NCBI GenBank assembly: GCA_040285745.1 | Contig: JAUFOR010000001.1 | Span: 930,001-994,000, forward strand | DNA: 64,000 nt | DNA from: Barthelona sp. PCE | Taxonomy: Eukaryota | Direction of reading: 5' to 3' | Part shown: in pieces, positions 47,739 to 59,505 of the stretch | Numbering within the stretch: the stretch's first letter is position 1 | Layout: each line of letters begins with the position of its first letter | Program-made: the position numbers and the translations under genes | Notes under the pieces: generated by a model | The model's input: the letters and a program-made list of their open reading frames with translations, nothing else | Databases searched by the model: none | What the model was told of the DNA's origin: nothing

Positions 47739-49049
47739 ATGTCTGTCCATTTCATCTTTAAAAATGGAAAGACATCACGAGGGGAGCTCACAGATTCGAT
47801 GAAAATGGAGTTTAGACCTCTAATATATGATTTGAAGAATCTTAGACCAACAGTTGTCGTGGTAAATGAGGTAAATGAGTTTGAAAACATGCTTGAACCA
47901 GCTGAAATAGTATTTAATACAGACCTTACAGATTATTTTTACAAAAGTTTGTTTGATTTCGTCGATCCGCTTCGAAACGCCATTAAATCAGCACACCCTC
48001 TTCTCCCCAACATGAAAAGTTTCCTTTCTATGATGAAGGGAGAGGTGAAGGTGATGTTTGATATTATATACGATAAATATATGCGTTCACATCAGGTTCT
48101 GGTAAATCTTGAACGAAGCGCACACAGTAATGGGTCAGAAGAAATGAAGGATGCTCAAGAACCGATACCAGAATGGTTGTGTGAAGTTTTTGAGCAACAT
48201 GCATGTCACCACCCGTTACCCCACACATTAAAAGATTTTTTTGTTGGAACTTCGAAGCAGAAGTTCATCTACGACGATTTATGCAAGAAATGCGGCCGCT
48301 TGAAAGATATATTAGAAGTATTTAGAGATCAAATAGATAAAATCGGGTCACTGGATAGATTCTTCACATTGTTTCCCGATATTGAGAAGCTAATCGGTCA
48401 CCTGAAGTATATAAACAGCGTGATGAATAGCCCTGAAGACCACGAGCAGAACTGGCAAGTCCTTGGCGAAATTGACCAGAGCATAAAGGAGTCAGCAGCA
48501 ATCAATAACACAGAGGTGGATTTTGTCCTCGAGTTTGAAGCTTTTTTCACACCACTTTGGGAGATCGCTGAGGAGATGACCAATGCATTTGTACTGATGA
48601 AGGATCTGGAGACGATCCAGAAATCGTGCGCTGAGGAGCCGAATCAAACAGAGGAATTGGAGCTGTTCAAGGCAGAATTAGAGGCAAGGAACGCGTTCTA
48701 CGTTAAGTTGTCGAACGTTTTAGACCAGACTTCGAGGATAATTCAGAGAGAAGTTGACGAGGAAAAAGATCGAAGATTTGAGTTTAGCAAGCGTGATATG
48801 TCAGAATGGCATCCAGGTCTGGTCGAGATACTGAATGACGATATCATGGACGGTGTCACAGAACCGAAGAGGGACATGTCTGGAGTACAATATTTTGAGT
48901 CCGTTGAATGCGTGGCGCATCCGATGCATGATATTGAGTTGAAGGCAGAGAATTCTCTGGAGCAGAAATATAGAGCGCTCTTGTCGAAGAACAAGGAATT
49001 GAAGGAGGAGATCAGCTTCCTCCGTTTGCAAAAAGTAAACTGGACTTGA
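47739..49049 (+). CDS. Helical protein, possible Atg17/Atg11-like scaffold
   Basis: 'ELEARNAF...EEKDRRFEF...WHPGL' resembles the end of the Atg17-like domain; terminal coiled coil. Confidence 0.4.
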   Translation: MSVHFIFKNGKTSRGELTDSMKMEFRPLIYDLKNLRPTVVVVNEVNEFENMLEPAEIVFNTDLTDYFYKSLFDFVDPLRNAIKSAHPLLPNMKSFLSMMKGEVKVMFDIIYDKYMRSHQVLVNLERSAHSNGSEEMKDAQEPIPEWLCEVFEQHACHHPLPHTLKDFFVGTSKQKFIYDDLCKKCGRLKDILEVFRDQIDKIGSLDRFFTLFPDIEKLIGHLKYINSVMNSPEDHEQNWQVLGEIDQSIKESAAINNTEVDFVLEFEAFFTPLWEIAEEMTNAFVLMKDLETIQKSCAEEPNQTEELELFKAELEARNAFYVKLSNVLDQTSRIIQREVDEEKDRRFEFSKRDMSEWHPGLVEILNDDIMDGVTEPKRDMSGVQYFESVECVAHPMHDIELKAENSLEQKYRALLSKNKELKEEISFLRLQKVNWT

Positions 49050-49053
49050 ATAT

Positions 49054-50571
49054 TTACAATCTGTGTTTTAATCTGGTGTGTGGAAGCTTCTCTTTCACAA
49101 CCGTTGATCTCTCTCTGTTAGCTCTCCTTGTTAGATCCTTTTTAAACGTCGCATACCGATTTGCTATTCTCGGGTGGCTCGCCTTTTTGGCTATGTTAAG
49201 GCTCAAACTTGTGTTACGGCGCGGCTGCTTGGTCGACTGGGGCCCCTTTATGATGTTAACAAAACAACGCGTGAGCGAAAAGGAGTGGTATGGGTCGAGA
49301 ACATCGCCAATAATATCTATGGATTTTGCAATGATCTGATCAGCCCTGTCCAGCAACAGGAGCTGCTGTGCCTTGTCGTACATCTCAATCTCAAGCAGAT
49401 GCTCAATCTGTGTCGCCATTGATGAGAAATAGCCTGTTTTGGGGTCAACAACGACCGGTCCTCCGAAGAAACGGAACAGCACCGCAAGGGCACAAGAGCT
49501 AATTGAAAAGAGAGAGAATGAACAAATATGCGAGAAGCACGGGTATCTCGACCTAACATTATTCATAAATCGTGACCAGAGCAGATCCATATCGGACAAG
49601 ATGTGTTCCTTGACCAGCGAAAGGTGCTCTTCAATACCTTCAGTCATGTTTTTCCTGAGGTTCTTGTCGAATGATGCCTCACTGATGATTGTCACATAAA
49701 GATACTGTGCCGTTACGAAAACGAGGTTTATGATGACGTCGCAGATAAGAATAGACCGGAAATCTACCTCACTTAACACGGAATGATGAATGACATATTG
49801 CAAGGGTGCTGATTCCAAAAAGAGTTCCAGATATACACGAATCCCATCCAGCCTGAGTAAAGAAAAGTCGTTCGGCTCGGGTATGCCCACGTTTCTGGCG
49901 GGGTTGTGAGAATACTTTCCGAAAAAATTATACTGCGACATGTGCAATTTCCTTACTCTTTTAATATCATCGGAGCTACGTTCTCTGAACAGGTCAAGCT
50001 TGTGCTGCAGTAGTTGCAAGTTTTCCAACGTCATGATACGCTGTAATGACTGACTGGTCACATCGTTTTCTGTCCAGGAGTCAACATCAAGCTCATCATT
50101 TTGACTGCGTTGGCTTCCCTTCTTTATGATTTTAATGTGTTGCATGAATATGTCTTGCTGAAAAGTGCCGCTTAGAATCAAGAAATCTAATAGCAAACGG
50201 TTTTCTGTCAAATTTTCAGAAGAGAATACCTTCACTTTTCTTTTCTGCTTCTTTTCCCTTAAAAGAGTTCCCATTAGCAGGTTTCTGTTGGCTCTCACAG
50301 GCTCTAAATCAAGATTTGGTGATAGATTAGCGCTCACATGTAAACTTTCATAGCTAAGCCCATTATTTCTGAAAACAAACTCTACACTGAGAGCGTTCTC
50401 CGCCAAAAGTTCCTTGATGATGTTGTTAACAGCAGCTTTCGTTGGAGTAATATTCATACGCTCTAAATACTTTGCTCCAAACTCCTGATATGCTTGTTGC
50501 CTAATTTGAGGCGTTATCTTTGTTATTTGCCGCTTAACCGGGATGTCTATTGCAAAATCTTCTACATTCAT
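49054..50571 (-). CDS. Hypothetical protein
   Basis: 505-aa ORF, no motif recognised. Confidence 0.7.
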   Translation of the reverse strand: MNVEDFAIDIPVKRQITKITPQIRQQAYQEFGAKYLERMNITPTKAAVNNIIKELLAENALSVEFVFRNNGLSYESLHVSANLSPNLDLEPVRANRNLLMGTLLREKKQKRKVKVFSSENLTENRLLLDFLILSGTFQQDIFMQHIKIIKKGSQRSQNDELDVDSWTENDVTSQSLQRIMTLENLQLLQHKLDLFRERSSDDIKRVRKLHMSQYNFFGKYSHNPARNVGIPEPNDFSLLRLDGIRVYLELFLESAPLQYVIHHSVLSEVDFRSILICDVIINLVFVTAQYLYVTIISEASFDKNLRKNMTEGIEEHLSLVKEHILSDMDLLWSRFMNNVRSRYPCFSHICSFSLFSISSCALAVLFRFFGGPVVVDPKTGYFSSMATQIEHLLEIEMYDKAQQLLLLDRADQIIAKSIDIIGDVLDPYHSFSLTRCFVNIIKGPQSTKQPRRNTSLSLNIAKKASHPRIANRYATFKKDLTRRANRERSTVVKEKLPHTRLKHRL

Positions 50572-50700
50572 GAGAGAATATAGGTTGAAAAGGGTTGAAA
50601 TATGAAAAACAAACTAGTGCACTTCATATTTTATTTATTGTTTAGCATTGCTCTCAAAGCATGTTATAGGTTTGAAATAAACGAAATGAAAAACACCTTA

Positions 50701-52423
50701 CTATCCTTCAATTTTTCGCTCATTCATTAACTTGTTTTGTATTTTTAAAGAACTTAATCTATCTCCCTTCCCCATGTACGGCATTCTGGGCATATTTTGT
50801 AATTCTAGCGGATTTCTACGTCGATTTGACGTTATAGATTTTCTAGCAAATTCTGTGTTATTATATTTATCAATCACTACTTGCTCTCTCCTACCGTATT
50901 CATCCTTATCTGAGGCAGGCACGATTACTTCCTTCTCTCTTTCCAACTCTGCAAGCTTTCTTTTTGAAATGCTTCTTCTAGTTTTCTTATACACTCTATT
51001 CTCCGTTATAGCTTCCCTTGATAACTTTGACAAACTTCTCATTTGAAACGCTGGGGATTTATGCACTGAGAGACTGTGTCCACTGGATATCATACTGGGT
51101 GGAGTACAAGGACTCTCTGGTTCTAAAAACTCACTTAGGTCATGTCCTGTTTCTTCTTCAATCGCAAACTTACTCTTGATCTGTCTGTTCATGAACGGTG
51201 TCTTGAGGTGTGACGCGCTTGCCTTTGGTGTCTTTGTCAGATGTTGCCCCAACCTTGGCAAGGTTTTCTTCCGTGGGGTCTGTTTCCTCCTGTTGAAGAA
51301 TGACGATTTCTTTCTCATAAAGCTTACTTCTGATATTTCTGGTATATTCAATGGTGATGAGCACTCTATCCTATCCTCCACCTCTTCATCACTGTCTTCA
51401 TCACTATCTTCATCAAAAGCATTCAAAAGATTCTTGTTCAGATCAGCTTGCAAGCATCTTGTCTTTTTTGCATGGTTAGGGTGCGGTGTTACTTTGTATT
51501 CGCCCGGTCTGCGCTCGAACTCATTGAAATCCACCTTGTTACATATAGTATTTGGAAGATTGGGCTCTCTAACTTGACAACTATCTGGCGTGTCATGGAT
51601 GCAGACGTTTTCCGAGAAGCGAATATTCAGTTGCTTCTCCATCGGCCTCTCTGCCTTGAGGGCACTCTTTGGGGGTGGTACATACACCGAACGTTTGGCA
51701 ATTGGTGTCGTAATTCTGCAAGTGGACTCAATGACGTTTTCATCTTCGTCATGTAATGACAGTGCTTGGAATTCGGTGATGATAGAACCATGGTCGTTAG
51801 TGGGAGTTGGAGTTCGTACAGAAGCCATGCTGCACTTGAAATCTGAAAATTGCTGAATTAACTCATTGGCGACACCAGATCTCTTCATCTTCTTTTCCAT
51901 ATCAGCCAACAGATCCTCAGCAATCACATCCTCTTCTTGATACTGTTGCATTATCGCTGAGAAAGATACGAAAATGGGGTGGCTGATTGAGTCATCCGAC
52001 TCGTCAAGGTAATTCTCGAATAAATCTGCCACTAATTCCTCACTCTTGTTGCCCAGTTTGCCCGCTTCCATGAAATTAAGCACAGCAATTCCAAAGCCTA
52101 ACCAAAATTCGAGGTTTTCAATTGTCTCCTCTTCATTGCTTTCCCGAAGTTTCTTAAACATCCTCACCTGATGGCCTGGCGATCCCAGGTTGCTTTTTGT
52201 GAGTAAAACTCTCTGATGCTCATCAAAAGTCAACACAGGCGCAATTTTTTCTGGAGTGTGTTCGTATGTAGGCACTATTTCAGCACGCTTATTTGCATTT
52301 TTGAGCTCTTTGAGAGCATTGTGGTTTTTATATGTATTGCTAAACGTTAATATTATGAAGTAGAATGGAAAAAACATACGCCACATTCTTTTGCAGTTGT
52401 TGCTGTAGTACTGCAAGGTCCAT
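50701..52423 (-). CDS. Hypothetical protein with S/T-P-rich C-terminal half (exons 52423-52380, 52339-50701)
   Basis: MDLAVLQQQLQKNVA|NTYKNH joined by 40-nt GTATGT...TTAACGTTTAG intron. Confidence 0.7.
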
Positions 52424-52975
52424 TTGTGAATACCCAAACAATGCAAAACGTTGAAAAGGGGGAAATTTGAGGTAACATTAGAATAGTGCTTTTTAAATCT
52501 AAACTAACCTTTGGCAGAATTTTGCACAATGGAACAATCACTTGCAATATCAAGGAGCAATATATAAGACATTGACAGTAAAAAAATGGCTATAAAGGCA
52601 TTTCGATAGTAACGTGTTCCTTTTGCACTAAATATGATCAAAATATGCAGAAAAAAATACCACACAAACTTTTAACGATCTAGAACCTCATTACATAAAA
52701 AATAAGTGGAGATGTTCGAATGAAAAAGTTTAACTTTTTGTTTTAGCATGGTAATAGAATTTATTTTCGGCAACAAACTTTAACTGTATGCATGATCAGA
52801 CATTATGATGCATAAAAATTTATTATATAAGATATACAAGTATATAGTAAGTGCAGGTTTTTATATATCCATGATCGCTTCATTTTTGAGTGTTTAAAAC
52901 CTTAAATTCCTTAATATAATAACGAAAAACATACATTGATCAACATGTCAAGAAGGCTCACCTGCAATTGTTTTT

Positions 52976-54574
52976 ATGAACTACTTTGCCTTTTTTTTAT
53001 TTTTTTGTGTTGTTAGGGTCGGGGCCCAGACTGTTGAGAGCTATCACGGGTTTTGTGAATCATTTTGCCATGTTTATTCACCAACAGAATCTTTATGCGA
53101 CAGTTTCTGCTCAAAACCTTATGTTTATGACTTCATGCTGATATCAAAGCGTCATGAAGCCCCTCTACATTATTGTTTATTAGATTCATGTGAATCAATA
53201 TGTTTTTTGTATGAAAAACCTGTTAAATGTGCTGAATTATGCACAAGTAACAGGTTTGCGAAGAAAATCGCACGGGGTTGCAGGCAAAAATGTGCATCTT
53301 CATCAGATATCAACCATTGTGTTTTCCAATGCATTCTTCCTAATAGAAATGTTTCAGATCCTGTAAGTTACCCCCCACTTCTCAGATATGCGTTCTCCAG
53401 TGAGTTCGGCAGGCCTCTTATATACTATTCGAGAATATACCTGGCGCACTTGGATGGATTCCAGGAAGGTCTCGTTTTTCTTCCTAGACATCTAAAAAAG
53501 ATGAAACCAAACGCAATAAGACTGCAAAGGAGCAGCAGAAAGCTGGTGGAGGAATGTAGAGAAGTTTATATTGATAATGTTCAGTTTCTAAATGTGAATT
53601 ATAGGTTGATTGGTAAAATAGATATCAACTGCGGTAAGTTTATCGTAAAGAAGAAGCTAACAAGTCGATTTTTGAAAGGTAAAAGCGTAAAGAAGAGCTT
53701 TGAATTTCGATTAAGCCCTTTGCTCTTTATGGGTCGTGATCACATGAATCATCAAACATTTGTAGATTATTTTGGCGGAGACGAAGAGCATATATTCGAA
53801 TTAAAGAATACACAGAGTTTCAACAACAAGATGAACAGTATATTGGAATCAATAATTGAATATAATCAATTTGATATAAAATCACCTTCTTTTTATCAGT
53901 TCCTTCTTCCCTATTACTTCCAAAACTGCTTGAATGGTATATTTGAGCAATTAAATAGATCCAATTGCGCAGATTTAGTGAGTGTTTTCGATTTTTACAG
54001 AAAAAGGGAGAATTACTTATCTGACAGGAAGATAGTGCCGTTTGCACTGGGCGATGATAGTTTATACATTGATTATACAGATGTAGATTCAATTTTTGTG
54101 AAAAATCGTTTTAACACTCCTGTTTTTGTTAACAAAACTATTCTACGTCACAAAAGTTACAGTTCTGAGGCATTTCAATGGAAATATGTTAGCTTAAACA
54201 ATGGAATTTTTTTAAGTGCTTCATTTCCAAATTTCTACTCATTAATGGACGTAATATTTGAAAATGACCAGGATACAATCGATTTTAGAGTTAATGGTGA
54301 TGATTTATGTGTATATCAGAACATTATTGTCCCACGTCAAAGATTTTTAGCAATGGAGAAGGAGATGTTTAAGATTGACTTGTTTAGCTACAGCACAAAG
54401 GCGCCACGCGTTTGTAATCAGATTAGATTGGTAAGAATTGAAGATTCTGAAGACGATAATGTGTTTTACTTTTTTGATCTAAATTCACAGAAGTTTGTGA
54501 GTTTTAAAGACAATATTCTCATTTTAACTAGTTTTTTTACAAAAATTTCAGCTTTTCAAGCAGTAATTGTTTAA
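52976..54574 (+). CDS. Putative secreted protein with Cys-rich N-terminal repeats
   Basis: Signal-peptide-like MNYFAFFLFFCVVRVGA; three Cx3C-x8/9-Cx3C units. Confidence 0.65.
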   Translation: MNYFAFFLFFCVVRVGAQTVESYHGFCESFCHVYSPTESLCDSFCSKPYVYDFMLISKRHEAPLHYCLLDSCESICFLYEKPVKCAELCTSNRFAKKIARGCRQKCASSSDINHCVFQCILPNRNVSDPVSYPPLLRYAFSSEFGRPLIYYSRIYLAHLDGFQEGLVFLPRHLKKMKPNAIRLQRSSRKLVEECREVYIDNVQFLNVNYRLIGKIDINCGKFIVKKKLTSRFLKGKSVKKSFEFRLSPLLFMGRDHMNHQTFVDYFGGDEEHIFELKNTQSFNNKMNSILESIIEYNQFDIKSPSFYQFLLPYYFQNCLNGIFEQLNRSNCADLVSVFDFYRKRENYLSDRKIVPFALGDDSLYIDYTDVDSIFVKNRFNTPVFVNKTILRHKSYSSEAFQWKYVSLNNGIFLSASFPNFYSLMDVIFENDQDTIDFRVNGDDLCVYQNIIVPRQRFLAMEKEMFKIDLFSYSTKAPRVCNQIRLVRIEDSEDDNVFYFFDLNSQKFVSFKDNILILTSFFTKISAFQAVIV

Positions 54575-54584
54575 ATAAAGAAAA

Positions 54585-57500
54585 TTACATTGGATAAGGT
54601 CGACGAACCTTCTCAACAATGCTTGTTGTGTGTGCTTCAGGCTTCTTATATGCACCAAAAGCATGGGCAGTCTGAATAGCACGAGCAAGCTTCCTCCAGT
54701 TTTCACGAGAGGTAGGGCGAACGTCTTCAGCGAACTCCTTCATTCTAGCTTTACGGGTCTCTTCCTCTTCCTGCTCATAGACTGAAGAGATAGAAGAAGT
54801 AGGCAACTTAATGAAGCGAGAAATCCAAGATACAAGGAGAATAGGTGCGGAAACATAGACACATTTCAACCAGTAATCGAACTTAAGCGGTACTGTTGAA
54901 GCGAAATCACCAAAGAATTGAACCATAAGGATCTGCATACCAACAGTGAAGACAAGGACACCGATAAAGATCCAGTTGGTGAAGAAACCAGCCATGAAGT
55001 TGAGCTCATTGTAAGCTCTTCTGGAAGGTAATTCGTTAAAGATCTGGAGGAAAACGAAAATGTTGAAAATAATGGTGTAGTGCTCTGCTGAATTCGGAAC
55101 GACATCAGGGAAGAGAATGTCAACATTGTAAAGAAGAACAAACTCGACAACAAGCTGGTAGATCGTACCAACAATGATGTTTCTCCACATAGTGGGGGCG
55201 ATAAGAGATTCAGAACGGCCATAAGGCTTTCTCTCCAAGAGCGCATCAGATGGAGGCTCGGTGGAAAGGGCAAGAGCAGCGAGGGTGTCCATAATAAGGT
55301 TGACCCAAAGGAGTTGAGTGGCCTTGAGAGGAGAACCATTACCGGAGACGGAACCGACAAATGCGACGGTAAGAGCGACTAAGTTAACAGTGAGCTGGAA
55401 CTGAAGGAACTTACGAATGGAATCGTAGACGTTTCTTCCCCAACGAACAGCCTTAACCATTGAAGCAAAGTTATCATCTTGAATGATAATATCAGAGGCG
55501 TCCTTTGCAACATCGGAACCAGCAATACCCATAGCGAAACCAACGTCGGAACGGCTCAGAATGAGGGCATCATTGGTACCATCACCGGAACAAGCAACAA
55601 CCTCGCGACGGGAAATGAGGTACTCAACAAACTCGAGCTTGTCCTCAGGTGAGCAACGAGCAACAACAGTGACGCGGTTAATCTTCTCCCACTTCTCAGG
55701 GGTGTCGGGACCTTCCTGGATGATCTTGGTGAGATCCTTACCCTCCAAAGCAATGGAATCCTTCTTGAAGATTCCAGCCTCCTTGGCAATGTAAGTAGCA
55801 GTCTTGATGTTATCACCGGTAGCCATACGGACGACGATACCAGCCTTGGTAGCGGTAGCGACGGCACCCTTGACTTCAGGACGGAGGGGATCAACGATAC
55901 CAAGGACACAGAGAAGAATCATCTCGTTTGAGACTGGGTTATCATCTTGGTGTTGGATTTCGCGGACACGGTCACCATCCATGGGAAGGTAAGAGAGTGT
56001 AAGGGTACGAAGACCGTTTGATGTCATCTCATCGATGGCTTCGTTAGCCTTGGTGCGGTACTCCTCAGTGAGTTCAACAATGGTGCCATCAGGGGAGAGG
56101 ACACGGTTGCAGTCCTTTAAGAGAACCTCGGAGGCACCCTTTGAGAGGAGAGCAAACTCCTCTCCGTGGTGGACGACGGTGTCCATACGCTTAACGAGGG
56201 AGTTGAAGGGCCATTGTGTAACGGGCTTATTCTCCTGACGGTAGGCGAAGTAATCTTCGACACCCATCTCAAGAGACTTGAAGAGGAGAGCGCCTTCTGT
56301 GAAGTTACCCTTGACCTCAAGCTTATCGTGCTTGTTCTTCTCGAGTGTAGCGTTGGAGTTGCTGATCATATTGGTAATCATGAGCCACTCCAAGTCATCA
56401 GTGATCTGTTCATTGCTGAGCATCTCGCTGTTCCACACCTTCTCAACTCTCATTTCACCGAGAGTGAGCGTACCTGTCTTGTCAGAGACGATTTGAGTGG
56501 CACCACCCATGGTCTCACATGCCTCGAGCTTACGAACGAGGTTACGATCCTTGAGCATCTTGAGCATTGAGTAGGCAAGTGCAATGGTGACAGCCAGAGG
56601 AAGACCCTCGGGGACGGCAACGACAACAATGACGACGGCTTCAATGATAGGGTGAATAACACCGCTCCACTTAAACTCGACGCGATCGTTGATGATCTCA
56701 ATAAACCATCTGATATACAGAGCAATCATAACGAGGGTAGCAGCACCGAAACCAATGTAACCAATGGTGTCAGCAGCCTTAGCGAGCTTGATCTGAAGAG
56801 GGGTTTCGCTGGTCTCCTCGCTCATCTTCTTCATCTTATCACGAAGACGCTGGTTGTACGTGTTGGGAGCAACAGCCAAAACTAAGAAGTTAACAGATCC
56901 GTGACCGACGAGGGTGGATGCCCAAACGATGGATCCATTGCCTGCCTCAGGTTCCTTACGGACGAGGTTAGGCTCACCAGTGAGGTTTTTCTCCGAGATC
57001 TTACCTTCCGTTGTCTCAATGACGATACCATCGCATTCAATGGTTTTACCGTGTTGGGCAATGATGACATCACCGACAACAAGATCAACGTTTTTGAGGG
57101 GCGTGGGACGGCCATCGCGCATGACCATGATTTCATGGACAGCAGCAATAGCACTCAATTTACGGAATTGCTTCTCCTTTGAATAATCATTACCGGCAGT
57201 AACAACGGTAACAATTAGAACGGCAATGAGGATGGCGAGACCTTCGATCCAGCCGCTGGTTGGATCTTCCCAAAGACCAAGAACAAGCGAAATAATCGCA
57301 GCAACGATAAGAATAATGAGGGTGTGGTCATTCAGGGCTTCAACAAACAAATCCCAGAATGTCTTACCTTGGCGCACTGGGACTACGTTCTCTCCGAAAC
57401 TAGCTACTCTTTTAGCAATGTTCTCTTCCTTAAGTTCATCTCCGGAAAGTCCAAGAGGTGAGGTTTTGAGTCCTGCCATCAGCTCTTCGGTTGATCCGAG

Positions 57501-57647
57501 TGCGGCAAGGTTCTTTTCAGTTGTTTCAGGATCCTGAGGCGTGGCAAAGACAGAAGTCAATGCAGCAACGTCATATTCGCCAAATTCGTGAACTTCTATA
57601 TCTACAGCTTCGTTAGCTGGCATTGTCATCGCTTCTCTGAGTTCCAT
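54585..57647 (-). CDS. P-type IIB Ca2+-ATPase (PMCA-like)
   Basis: VAVPEGLPLAV, SDKTGTLT, ATGDN, SGDGTND, QFQLTVN, QLLWVNLIMD; basic amphipathic C-terminal segment (CaM-binding-like). Confidence 0.95.
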   Translation of the reverse strand: MELREAMTMPANEAVDIEVHEFGEYDVAALTSVFATPQDPETTEKNLAALGSTEELMAGLKTSPLGLSGDELKEENIAKRVASFGENVVPVRQGKTFWDLFVEALNDHTLIILIVAAIISLVLGLWEDPTSGWIEGLAILIAVLIVTVVTAGNDYSKEKQFRKLSAIAAVHEIMVMRDGRPTPLKNVDLVVGDVIIAQHGKTIECDGIVIETTEGKISEKNLTGEPNLVRKEPEAGNGSIVWASTLVGHGSVNFLVLAVAPNTYNQRLRDKMKKMSEETSETPLQIKLAKAADTIGYIGFGAATLVMIALYIRWFIEIINDRVEFKWSGVIHPIIEAVVIVVVAVPEGLPLAVTIALAYSMLKMLKDRNLVRKLEACETMGGATQIVSDKTGTLTLGEMRVEKVWNSEMLSNEQITDDLEWLMITNMISNSNATLEKNKHDKLEVKGNFTEGALLFKSLEMGVEDYFAYRQENKPVTQWPFNSLVKRMDTVVHHGEEFALLSKGASEVLLKDCNRVLSPDGTIVELTEEYRTKANEAIDEMTSNGLRTLTLSYLPMDGDRVREIQHQDDNPVSNEMILLCVLGIVDPLRPEVKGAVATATKAGIVVRMATGDNIKTATYIAKEAGIFKKDSIALEGKDLTKIIQEGPDTPEKWEKINRVTVVARCSPEDKLEFVEYLISRREVVACSGDGTNDALILSRSDVGFAMGIAGSDVAKDASDIIIQDDNFASMVKAVRWGRNVYDSIRKFLQFQLTVNLVALTVAFVGSVSGNGSPLKATQLLWVNLIMDTLAALALSTEPPSDALLERKPYGRSESLIAPTMWRNIIVGTIYQLVVEFVLLYNVDILFPDVVPNSAEHYTIIFNIFVFLQIFNELPSRRAYNELNFMAGFFTNWIFIGVLVFTVGMQILMVQFFGDFASTVPLKFDYWLKCVYVSAPILLVSWISRFIKLPTSSISSVYEQEEEETRKARMKEFAEDVRPTSRENWRKLARAIQTAHAFGAYKKPEAHTTSIVEKVRRPYPM

Positions 57648-58304
57648 GTCAGGCAAAGCGGAAGAAATTTCAAAAGCAAGTGAGATTCACAAAATCTTCC
57701 TCTCCTCGCTTCAAAAAAACTGATGGCGCGCCTTTCTGACTAGCATGAGCACACTTATAATGCTTCAAACCAATTTAGATGAACTTCTATGTTGAAATAT
57801 TCTTAACGTTCATATTTGCTGGTCTTACGTGGTCATATGCAGGTTTTATTGGTGCAAAATCCCATGCAGCTTAAAGAAAATGTATTTTAACGAATAGAAA
57901 ATTGAGAAGCTGCTTTTATCTCTGTTGCTTATGTTTCGGCTTTTATACCTTTTTTTTGATGAAGAAGGAAGGACGAGCGATATCAATTTGACACCAGAGT
58001 CACTTTTCTCATTAATCCGGGCTTTTTTTCTTTTTTTCGGAGTTAATTTGGTTGGTTCATGCTTTGAAAACGTCAGAGCTGCATATTTACCAATAACCAT
58101 TGCAAATCAAGAATTTTTCACACAGTGAACGGTATTGCAAGAATTTTTTAGTTTTACCCACTTCATTCTGAATTTTTCTTTTTTTTTTATGGTCGCCGTG
58201 TGGGTATAATAAAGAATTATACAGAATGCGGAGTTTGTGATATTATGTAAGTATGTTTTCTTGCTATTAAGTTTTTAACTTATTTCTTGTATTACTAATT
58301 CATA

Positions 58305-59423
58305 ATGGATGCAGATACTGTCCCAACAGGCCAATACGCCGTTCTTGTTATGGGTAACAATGATGTTTACAATAATCTTACCTACTGCATTAGTTCAACT
58401 CTTAATCTCAATGATGGGAAACACCAAGCTTTTGCTGAGGACTGGATGAACGAGATCTTCGTCAACCCTTCATGCATTCTTGATGATTACGGGAATCTAC
58501 GGATTTTCCACGAAGATGGAGAAATTCTTGATTCAATCATGGAGAAAGTGGAACGTTCAGTCGCTGACATGGAGCAATACATGGGGGTTTTTGTCATCAT
58601 TGATGCTTCCAGCCCCAATCTCTCTGCTTTATTTACCTTCCTCGATAGTCTTGACCAACGGTATGGTTCTGTTGATCACCATGTTTCCAATTTATTCATT
58701 CCAGTCTATGACGAGCTTGATCACTCTGCAGCTATTAACACAGCGATGTTAGCCGAGAAGAAAAACGCTATTGTGGTTCCTGTCTCCAGAAACATCCATC
58801 GAATCAGTCATTTGATGTGTCGTATTGTCACGCATGTAATGGTAGGTTTCTGCTACGACAACTGCTCTGTGAAATCAATCGATGATCTTCGCGAAATGAT
58901 GATGGCAGGATCCAAAAATCATCGAAAAGAGGGTGACCATAGTACCACCACCAATTTTTTGACGTGTGCTTATGCCCCATACACCGCCGAGTTCGATCCT
59001 GCCTTGGATGATGAGCATTACGAACAGTACATACCCGAGCGTTGTTATGATGAGCGCAATTTGATGCTTAATCACTGCGATGCATATTCAGGTTATCTAT
59101 TTGCGCAGTTCCTTATGCTTAGCGGCATGTGTATCCCCAAATATTTCTCCAAGGGGTGGGCAAAGTGCAAAGGAAGCCGTGAGCACTATACCATCAGTGA
59201 TCACTATATCAATTGTTTCTCTGCGACACTCCACTACATCAAAAGCCACCCTGACGCGGACGGCGCTATGTTTGACTACGACAGGGATGGCTTACTGTTT
59301 ACACATAATACCGGCATGGCAGGTTTGTTTTTGAAGTTAAAAGATGTTACTGATGACGCCACGGGCGCGCGATTGCAAGCAGTGGTAGACGCATATGCAT
59401 TCTTTGATATATATACAGAGTAA
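58305..59423 (+). CDS. Highly divergent tubulin-like protein lacking the GGGTGSG loop
   Basis: Colinear with alpha-tubulin: ILDSIMEKVERSVADMEQYMGVFV ~ [33 protein letters not shown] ~ [37 protein letters not shown] ~ [27 protein letters not shown]. Confidence 0.7.
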   Translation: MDADTVPTGQYAVLVMGNNDVYNNLTYCISSTLNLNDGKHQAFAEDWMNEIFVNPSCILDDYGNLRIFHEDGEILDSIMEKVERSVADMEQYMGVFVIIDASSPNLSALFTFLDSLDQRYGSVDHHVSNLFIPVYDELDHSAAINTAMLAEKKNAIVVPVSRNIHRISHLMCRIVTHVMVGFCYDNCSVKSIDDLREMMMAGSKNHRKEGDHSTTTNFLTCAYAPYTAEFDPALDDEHYEQYIPERCYDERNLMLNHCDAYSGYLFAQFLMLSGMCIPKYFSKGWAKCKGSREHYTISDHYINCFSATLHYIKSHPDADGAMFDYDRDGLLFTHNTGMAGLFLKLKDVTDDATGARLQAVVDAYAFFDIYTE

Positions 59424-59505
59424 TAAAGTATTTTTTAAAAAGTTAACCTGTTTTCCATTCTTTCGCCTTTTCACAACCTTGTATATTATTTAAATACCAA
59501 TTGCG

